Positions 13,701 to 21,283 of a stretch of DNA of 21,283 nt are shown piece by piece. A program made the position numbers and the translations under genes. The notes beneath the pieces were generated by a model. That model did not search any database, was not told the origin of the DNA, and was given only the letters and a program-made list of their open reading frames with translations. Source of the stretch: Elsinoe ampelina (taxonomy: Eukaryota); assembly GCA_010093995.1 (NCBI GenBank), contig ML992523.1, forward strand, positions 82,266 through 103,548, in the 5' to 3' direction. Positions within the stretch are counted from its first letter, which is position 1. Every line of letters starts with the position of its first letter.

Positions 13701-14099
13701 AGAAAAGAAAAATAAGAACGTATATAAACTAGAACTACCGAGACATATAAGAATCTATCTAGTCTTTTATATATCGCTACTAGAGAAAGTACTATAGAAT
13801 ACTATACCTAGACCTATCGAACTAGATAAAGAAATATAGGAGCTATAGTACAAGATTAAAAGAGTTTTACGCTATAAACTTATAAAAGAAAAACGCTACT
13901 ATCTTATTTACTAGAAAGGACATTAGTATAGTAAAGTAATATAGGAACTAGAGAAGTACCTTACCTTATAAGTAATTCTAGATTACTAGATTAAGAACCT
14001 ATCCTAAGTAAACTAACTAGATAGACCTAGCACTTCTAATACTAAATAAAAACAAGAACGCCTAAGGAGAATTACTTAGCTAATAGAAGCACCTTAATC
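10699..14099 (+). pseudogene. pol: chromovirus Pol (protease, RT, RNase H, integrase, chromodomain) in the -1 frame relative to gag (3' end approximate)
   Basis: One frame: AMIDSGAN (Asp at 10834), IDIRDAYYQ, YLDD (11809), LETDASD (about 12247), NYDIHDKELLAI, VYTDHKNL, SVTMDFI (12961), ITDRDKLF, FHPQTDGQTER, GPF (13684), IHPVFHISLLE, chromodomain YEIERVL...YYLIHWKG...ATWEP (13849-13950). Confidence 0.95.
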
Positions 14100-14624
14100 G
14101 TTACTAAATAGAGAACTCTAGTTAGAGTTAGGCATAAATAATTACTAATTCTATAGTAGGATAGAATCTACTGACAATAATATTTCCTTCTACTCTAGAA
14201 CTTAAATATAAGTCTCCTCTAGAGAGATTACTTTCTCCGCCTTATTCTCTAATTTCTATATCTCTTCGCGTAGGTAAAGCTTATTACCTATAGCTCTTTA
14301 ATAAGCCTCTTTTGCCTTTTTATAAGCCTCTTTAGCTTCCTTTCTAGTAGCCTTAGCTATAACTAATTCCTTTCGTAAATAAATATACTTAGACTAGAGA
14401 CGCTACTATTCCGATTTTGTTACTTAAATATTATAACCTAAGTAGTTACTTATAATATACTAGCTATAGATACCTAACCGAATATAGACCTTATAATCTA
14501 GCCTCTTCGATTTATAATAAGAATAAGCCTATAGTATATTAGTTCTAAATAGTTTAATAAACTCTAAGAGATTCTTTCGTATAGATATACTAGATTTACT
14601 ATGCCTTTAACAACTAGGAGGCAT
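14076..14624 (-). pseudogene. Antisense accessory ORF of the chromovirus (about 180 aa): six-Cys Zn-cluster-like domain plus coiled coil
   Basis: ATG at 14624. Six TAT codons (TGT after de-RIP) are spaced C-x2-C-x6-C-x8-C-x2-C-x7-C (14525-14433), followed by VTKSEWQRL and an E/K/A/R-rich helical region. Confidence 0.75.
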
Positions 14625-14698
14625 ATTTAGTATATAGCGTATATAGATAAGGAGAGATACTTACTTATTAGAACAACTCGATTAAAGAAGAAAAGTAA

Positions 14699-15161
14699 TG
14701 TTATAAACTAGTAAGATAGCTAAAGCATAGAGACGTTAGGACTAATTAAACTACTAGGGTTATTACGTAACCTAGTCTAACGTTTACCTAGTTCTCTATC
14801 TTCTCTAGTAGCTCTACTCTAGAGACTATAGAGTATATAGGTTACTAGTAGACATATACTTTATACTGCCCTTAGCTTTCGCTACGGAGTATATAGAGTA
14901 TATAGAGTACGTAATAGAGGATATATATATATAGAAATAGTCCTTACCTTATATAAGTACTATAGTTAACCTTGTCTAGATAGTAAATACTAGTATTACT
15001 AAGGCTAGCCTTTATAATACTATCTAATTGTACTTTATTATCTATAAGACATACCTTCTCTAACTCTTACCTTAGTGCTATACTACTATAGAAGTAGAAC
15101 TACCTCGTTCTTAGCTTAGCTTAAACTACTAGCGTAAGCTATATTTAGACAGTTTATAACA
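14699..15161 (+). repeat. gypsy 3' LTR (463 bp)
   Basis: TGTTATAAACT...AGTTTATAACA, followed by the TSD ATAAG. Confidence 0.97.
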
Positions 15162-15292
15162 ATAAGCTTCCTTAGGGTAGCTAACAAAGAAAGACTATTA
15201 GTATTAGTAGGTAGAATTATATATAGTAATAAAGAAGGTACGCGTAGAAGTGCTTTAGAGTAAGTATTAGTATAGATACTATAAGAGTGTTA

Positions 15293-17885
15293 TTACTTAG
15301 AGGCTATTAACTAGATATGCTTAGAATACTAGCCTCTAACCTTAGTAATAGTATATAGTAGATCTTTGTCCTTATTATACTCTTCTTTCTCGTTAATCTC
15401 TTTATTACTTAAACTATAGATAGTAATATCTCTAAAGTTGTTACTTATACTATCTATTCCGCTATTAGTATTATTATTAGTAGTAGTAAAACTGTCTATC
15501 TTAGCTAATTAAATGTTTTAAAGATTGTTTTTTACTAGCTTAGAGACTATAATTTATTAAATTATCTACGGAAGTAGTCTATACCTTTAATTGCTAATAA
15601 TATTCTTTACTATATTAAAAACACATTTAATACTTACGCTAGCGATTAGTATTATAAGAACATTATAAGTAATATAAGCTAGTTATAGAAATAAGTATTT
15701 ATTTTCTTTCTACTAAGAAAGAATATTAAATTCTAATATTTCCTATATAGGCGAAGTTCTAAGGTAATTCTTCTCTTCTATCCTTATTATATAGATATTA
15801 CTCTACCCTTACAAAAGTATATTATCTTAGCTAGATACTAGAGGTATAAAGCTACTCTTTATATTTAATAAGGAAGGCTTCTTAAACTAGTAAGTAATAG
15901 ATAAGGCTAGTAGAGGAGGTAGGAGAGTAGTTTAAGAAGAATAGTTATTATTATAGTAATTAAGGTAGTTAAGAAACTATTTATAGTAAAGTAATTTAAA
16001 ATATAGTTCCTACGAAGTATACTTATATATACTAAGTTTCTAAGTTAGATTTAAGATTATACTATAATTAAATAGAAAACCTTAACCTCTACTTGTTTAC
16101 TTATAATACTTAAAAAGCTTAGTATAACTAGCTTTTACTACATTTTATATAACTAATAGCTAGTCTAAGTTATTATTCTCTTTCTAAGTAGACTTAACTA
16201 CGTTAAGGAAGTTAAAAAGAGTATTATACATAAGCTATATATATTATACTAATAGTATATAAGACTAACTTAGCTAGTAAGTTATATTCTTAAAATTCTC
16301 TAGTATTTAGATAATAATCTTTAGATATACCTATTCGGTATAGCCGAGGTAAAGGCGTATTATATCTATATAATTAATAGATACTATATCTTAATTAGCT
16401 AGTACTTTGTTAGTTTAGAGCTTATATATAATTACAATCTCCGTGTTAAGCTATTTATTAATAATTAGTTAAAGTTTAATAGCTCGCTTATATATATTAT
16501 ATATCGAGTTCTAATAGGTATAAATGTCTCTAACGACTAAGAGTTATTTATAAGGAGGTAGATGTACTTAAAGGGATTTAAAGTGTTAGTAGCGTTAAGA
16601 GAATTAGTTAATTATAATACAAATTATATAGAGCTTTAAAATTAGTTAAAAAACTATAAGAAAGAACTATAAGAAATATAACTTACTTTATAAAGGGAAT
16701 TTAGAACTAATAGAGTTATTTAAATATTATAGAGATACTACTTCTCGAGCTTATTAGCTTTCTTATTGTCCTTAGTAGTTTCTAGCTATAGGGCTTAAAT
16801 AATATTTTATATAATAAGATTAATTACATAGGCTAGATATAGAATTATATTCTTAATAGAGGACTAGTATATACTCTTTTTCTTAAGACCTTATTATACT
16901 TTAGATTATAGAGTGTTATTGTTACTTATATTATCTACTATAATAGCGAGAAGATATATATTAATCTTTTTTTTATTTAGAACTCTTAGTAGTTCTATGC
17001 TAAGTATAACTCTAGTATACTATCTACTAATTAGTATAAAATCTAGTAGACACTTACGTACTTACTAGTTATTATTAATATAGTATACCTTTATAGCTAT
17101 AAAACTTAGATAGTTATTCGTAGACTAGCTATCTAGCGTAATTAAAACTTTTATCTAACTACTAAGATTAGTAAGAAGATTAGACTAAATGTCCTTATAG
17201 TGCTCTTTTAATAGCTTTAAGGCCCGTATCTAACCTAGAATATTAGTATATAGCTAGAGGAAATATATAAATTAGAGAAAGAAGAAATTATTAACTATTT
17301 AGAATAACTAATTACAATTAATAAGGACTTTAATAAGCTCTTTTTTAAATTGTTCTAGGGAGAATTATAGTATATAGAATATAGTACTAGTAGTATTTAC
17401 TTTTAATTATATTAGAGCTATCTAAGCTACTAATTATTTATAGCTAGGAGATTTTATATTCTAGTAGCTTTAGCATCTAAGATGTTTTATTAGGTGTTTA
17501 TTACTAATTAAGTTCGTTATTAGGTGTTATAAAGCTCTACTATAGTAGAGACAATATATAAGAGGTATTCTATTAGTAAGCTTAGCACCTTTATTAAAGT
17601 TAGCCTAAATAACTCTATAGCGAGTTATAGAATTCTAGTTTAGTAGGTTTCGTATTTCGCTAACTCTTAATTCGCTACCTATTAATATTATAGACTACTA
17701 TATTTTCTAGGCTTATATAGCTAGCTATTCTTTAAGTAGTATATCTAGTTAGTAGGGCAAATAGCTAATAATTTTAATAGTTTTATAGAATTAAGTAGAG
17801 GATAAATTATTCTAGTAATTAATATAGAACTCTTTAAGCTTATAGAAGAGAGGTAGTAGTAGCGTAATAACTTTTAAAAGTATCT
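15293..17885 (-). pseudogene. hAT transposase, RIP-degenerate, one intron at 16686-16634 (ends approximate)
   Basis: BED finger CLHC...HLIKHL (17553-17480), TLDGWS (Asp at 17133), VDNASNN (16935), CLAHVINL, RDICTRWNSTYDM (about 16530-16495), and dimerisation domain WWKENE..FPQLA.IA.DVLAIPIASVSVExVFN (15715-15610), then an acidic tail. A 53-bp GTAAGT...CTAAT...AAG intron exactly accounts for the frame change. Confidence 0.93.
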
Positions 17886-18099
17886 ATAGTTAAGAATTAA
17901 CTAAGTCTTTATTAAATACTAACATTTTAAGAGTAGAGATATAGAATATTACTAGCTATATAACAAGAAGTAGAAGACTATAAGAATACTCTATAAGAAT
18001 TTATTAGCTACTCTTAATTTGTAGATTAAAAAAATTTTAATAGTATAAAACTAAAAAGCTACTAAAACTATAGTTTAATTTTCCTAACTTAAGATTAAT

Positions 18100-19371
18100 C
18101 TATTTATTCTTATCTATATTATTCTTACTCTTACTTTTCTTATTATTATTATTACTCTTATCTATTGCCTTATTATTATCTTTATCCTAATTCTCTTTAT
18201 TAGAATTATTAAAGTCTCTAGTAGTAACTACCTTATAGTATATTTTAGCTACTTCCTTAGTCTTATACTTATTAGGTTCCTTATTAAGAAGGTTCTTAAT
18301 CTTAGAGTTATTCTTAACTTCTTCTTTAACCTTATTATTACTATACTTAATATAGTAATTATTAGATTTAAGTAAAATATTATTATTCTTATACTTAAAT
18401 TCTAGTTTAGGAGTAGATTTATATTTGCTTTAATAGATTAGTATATAACTATAAGAAATAACTATAAGAAATAATATATATCTAATTATCTACCTATACT
18501 ACTTAGAGTTTAGTAGGTGTTATATTCTTAATAAACTTCTTAAACTTAGCTTAGTTACTATTGTTATAGTTACTAGTATTATATAGTAAATTAACGCTAT
18601 TATAGTAGATCTTATAGGTCTATTTCTTAAGAATTCTACTAGTGCTAAGAAGATATTTTACTTAGTAATTTAGAAATATATTTGTCTTATTATAGAGTGC
18701 CTTCTTTATATAATTAGTAAAGAGTTACTTATAGTAAAGAAGAGTATTAGCTTTATAAATACTACTTTATTTTTAGTAGATAGATATAAACTTATCCTTT
18801 AACTATTCCCCTATATAGAATTAGTAAATATACTATAAGAATATACTATAAGAAATATACTACTCTACTAGGTATAATAGTAAGTCTCCGCTATCTTCTT
18901 ATATACTATATTAAAGGTAGCTTCTTTTTCCTTATCGAATATTACTTAGAATTCCTTAGAGTTTTTAAGTTTTACCTTAAGTATATATTTTATAGAGCAA
19001 TTAGTATTACTAGTAGTAGTAAGAGCTTTCTCCTCTATACTAGCTTATATAGTATAATCTCTTTACTAAATAGCTTACTAGGTATTACTAAGCTATACTT
19101 TCTACTATAGAATTCTAAGAGAGTAGCTATAGTAAAGAGTTCTAGTATTCTAAGAGCGATTTTTAATCTAGTATTTAATCTTATTAGCCTCGGAATTAAA
19201 ACCCTATAATCTAGTTAGTATTTAACTATAAGAAGCATCTATAAGAATTACTTCTATTATAGTAAGAATTACTTTCTCTTCCTTAGTTATTTCTTTAGTC
19301 TTAATTACTAGAGTATTAGTTATCTCTTTCTCTTTACTAAAGGTTTACTAATCTATAGAATTAGTAGACAT
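18100..19371 (-). pseudogene. Spliced accessory gene of unknown function inside the hAT, with acidic (D/E-rich after de-RIP) C-terminus
   Basis: ATG at 19371; a 120-bp first exon; intron 19251-19204 (GTAATT...TACTAAC...TAG); intron 18860-18811 (GTATAT...TACTAAT...TAG); probable intron about 18493-18428; AAT/AAG/GAT-rich tail ending at TAG 18102-18100. The frames of the middle exons were not fully resolved. Confidence 0.6.
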
Positions 19372-19747
19372 TATAGATTAAGAATTAGTAGTAATTTATA
19401 AGAGAAGGTAGAATATTAAGTATAATAGAGAGTAAGATATAAGATATAAGTTTTATAAGGAAAAGATAAGAAGAGAAGAATTTAGTATTCCTTATATATA
19501 TAGTAAATAGAGTAGCTAGAAATATAAGTAATAATAGGTATTAATTCTATTATTATACTAATATAAAGTTATTAATATTATTAATATAAAGTTGTTATAG
19601 TAGAGAATAATAATACAAAATTCATATTCTATATACTATTATAAATTCCTTAATAAGGCTTAATATCTTACTCTTAGTATTTTTGCCTTACTCTTCTTTA
19701 CCTTTATAAATAAATTTTAATAATTAATTTAACAAATTTACGTAGCT
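19372..19747. promoter_or_regulatory. Putative bidirectional promoter between the accessory gene (-) and the H3-like gene (+)
   Basis: A 376-bp gap between divergent start codons, with TATA-like boxes (about 19493 and 19640) and pyrimidine-rich leaders on each coding strand. AT-richness weakens the TATA evidence. Confidence 0.45.
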
Positions 19748-20329
19748 ATAGCTCGTAAGAAGTAAGTAACACCTCTAAAAAGAGTAAAGCTAAGAAAGTA
19801 AGACACTAAGAAAACTACTACTAAAAAGCCTACTATAGGTAGTTATATAATAAAATTTAAACTAGTATTAACTAGACAAATTTGCTAGGTAAAGAGCTAT
19901 AGGTTTAAGCTAGATAGTTAGTTTCTTATAGTAAATTCTTATAGTCTTATATCTAATATAGTATAGCTATTACTCTCTAAGAGATTTATCGCTACTAGAA
20001 GACAACTAAACTTCTTATATATAAGCTTCTTTTCTCCTATATTATTTATAACATTACGTAAGATATTAAGTTAACACTTATAAGTAGAGATTTATACTTT
20101 ATGCTAGATACTATTAAGTGTCTCTAGGAAGTAAGTAAGGTAATACTAGTAGAATATTTCGAAGGTATATTAACTATATATTTAGAATATATAATACCTT
20201 ATACTAATAACTATAGTAGACTATAATCTTAACGCTATCTATACTAAGCGTTATACTATTATATAGAAAGACTCTTAGCTTACTAGGAAATATTATAATA
20301 AGTACTACCTACTTACTTTCTCTAATTAG
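19748..20329 (+). pseudogene. Histone H3-like gene captured in the hAT (3 exons: 19748-19916, 19967-20164, 20220-20329)
   Basis: De-RIP translation: MARKKQ...KPRKQ...[75 protein letters not shown]|DCNLNAIHAKRxTIMQKDSQLARK, collinear with the histone H3 fold. Both introns have GT, a CTAAT branch site and TAG, and both restore the frame. Confidence 0.93.
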
Positions 20330-20439
20330 TAAGATCTCTTCTCTATAATACTATAAGAATAGACTATAAGAAATAGGTAAGTGTATTTTTACATAGACTA
20401 GACTATTAAATTTTCTTTCTATAGACTTATTATAATGCT

Positions 20440-20740
20440 AAAGTATAGTATAGTAACTATAGTTACCTTAAAGCCTAACTAAGGTATAGTACTATAACGT
20501 AGTATAATACTAGGATTTAACTCTAGTACTAATTTAGTATAGTACTATTATAGTATAGTATAGCGCTATTATAGTATAGTACTATTCTTGCTTATCTATA
20601 GTATAGTACTAGTGCTAGTATAGCTTAGCGTAGTACTAGTACTAGTACTAATATAGTAGAGTATAGAGCTAGTACTATTTAGTTTAGCACTAGGTACCGA
20701 CTTACTAAGAACAGCTCTATACTAGTACTAGAGTTAGCCT
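20440..20740. repeat. hAT right subterminal array of short TAGTAC/TAGTAT/TAGCAC motifs
   Basis: Many copies, e.g. TAGTATAGTACTA, TAGTGCTAG and TAGCACTAGGTACCG, mirroring the left array. Confidence 0.65.
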
Positions 20741-20749
20741 TTAGCTACT

Positions 20750-20775
20750 CTAACTCCGCCCTAATAGTTATACTA
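20750..20775 (-). repeat. hAT right terminal inverted repeat
   Basis: CTAACTCCGCCCTAATAGTTATACTA, followed directly by the TSD AGTATTAG. Confidence 0.9.
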
Positions 20776-21283
20776 AGTATTAGATATAGAGATATTCTAT
20801 CTCTACTCTTTAAGATAAATAGCTATTACTAGTTTATAGTTCTTAAATTTATCTCCTCTATTAGAGATAAAGATAAATAAAAGCTTATTATAGACTATTT
20901 TATTCCTTATATAAATAAGTTTAATTACTACTAGTATATTACTCTTAAGGAAGAGAATAGTAATAAACTTATACTTACTTTTACTATATATTACAAAGAG
21001 AAAGTATTTATAGCTCTTACTTAACTATAGGTTAATAAGACTAATAAGGTCTAGATAGAGCTTATTTAGTAAGTACTTTAGTATATCTCTTAGTTCTCTT
21101 AATACTACTCTCTATGTCTTTAATATAGTATATAGTTTATAGTAGCTAAGATCTAATATTTAAAGTTCTTCTAATCTAATAGCTTAACTTTTAGTAAGAG
21201 AAAGAATAGTATTACTAACATAGCTTAACCTCTAGTACTATCTTTCTAATATTAGCTTTTAAGTAGTTATAATAGCTAGATTT
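20776..21283 (-). pseudogene. Ty1/copia retrotransposon (host element): integrase core, first two catalytic Asp regions, RIP-degenerate
   Basis: The minus strand de-RIPs to L-D-K-L-H-L-D-L-I-G-P-I, G-H-K-Y-F-L-F-V-T and I-S-D-G-G-G-E-F. It joins 1-543 across the AGTATTAG duplication. Confidence 0.85.

Larger units (their letters stand above)
8147..15161 (+). mobile_element. Complete Ty3/gypsy chromovirus LTR retrotransposon (7015 bp), RIP-inactivated, nested in the hAT
   Basis: Two 463-bp LTRs; TSD ATAAG at 8142-8146 and 15162-15166; PPT AAAGAAGAAAAG (14684-14695); order gag, PR-RT-RH-IN-chromodomain. Confidence 0.97.
544..20775 (-). mobile_element. Full-length hAT-superfamily DNA transposon (about 7.85 kb without the two nested LTR elements) carrying cargo genes
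   Basis: TIRs at 544-569 and 20750-20775; identical 8-bp flanks AGTATTAG at 536-543 and 20776-20783 (8-bp TSD is diagnostic of hAT); internal hAT transposase; subterminal repeat arrays at both ends. Confidence 0.93.

Noticed and set aside
19889..19916. Earlier splice donor GTAAAG for H3-like intron 1
   Set aside because: The segment encodes VKSHRFKPG, matching H3 VKKPHRYKPG, so the donor is GTTAGT at 19917.
20131..20136. GTAAGT donor inside H3-like exon 2
   Set aside because: It reads through in frame as A-S of LQEASEA (helix 2); the GTA is a RIPed GCA.
20440..20740. CRISPR-like or satellite array of TAGTACTA palindromes
   Set aside because: No constant repeat-spacer period; the context is eukaryotic; better explained as RIP-homogenised hAT subterminal repeats.
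556..20763. Shorter hAT boundaries starting TAGAGC/TAGGGC with apparent TSD ATAACTAT/ATAGTTAT
   Set aside because: Those flanks are reverse complements of each other and so part of the TIR. Extending to 544/20775 gives a perfect 8-bp TSD.
1..21283. Alternative genetic code (TAA/TAG read-through) or AT-rich organelle/phage DNA
   Set aside because: Stops fall at both Trp and Gln/Arg positions, catalytic Asp/Cys/His codons are also mutated by transitions, and the LTR pairs differ only by transitions. This is RIP, not recoding.

Overview
This is fungal (ascomycete-type) AT-rich heterochromatin destroyed by repeat-induced point mutation (RIP): CA/TG is nearly absent, TA is in great excess, and no long ORF is intact. 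Reversing C>T and G>A changes reveals a complete nested stack. (1) A Ty1/copia integrase region on the minus strand (1-543 and 20776-21283) is interrupted by (2) a full-length hAT DNA transposon (544-20775; 26-bp TIRs; perfect 8-bp TSD AGTATTAG; about 7.85 kb once its inserts are removed). The hAT in turn carries (3) a complete Ty1/copia LTR retrotransposon (2028-7385, TSD TTATA) and (4) a complete Ty3/gypsy chromovirus (8147-15161, TSD ATAAG). The hAT is a multi-gene element: a transposase, an unknown spliced gene with an acidic tail, a probable further gene, and a spliced, divergent histone H3-like gene (19748-20329) with a rewritten N-tail and an extended loop 1. A strictly spaced dyad, TTCTTATAG-N4-TTCTTATAG, occurs 8 times in the hAT only, mostly inside its introns in sense orientation. 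The chromovirus has an extended Cys-rich Gag, a -1 frameshift site, and an antisense ORF with Zn2Cys6-type cysteine spacing plus a coiled coil. All protein readings are manual de-RIP reconstructions, not database results.
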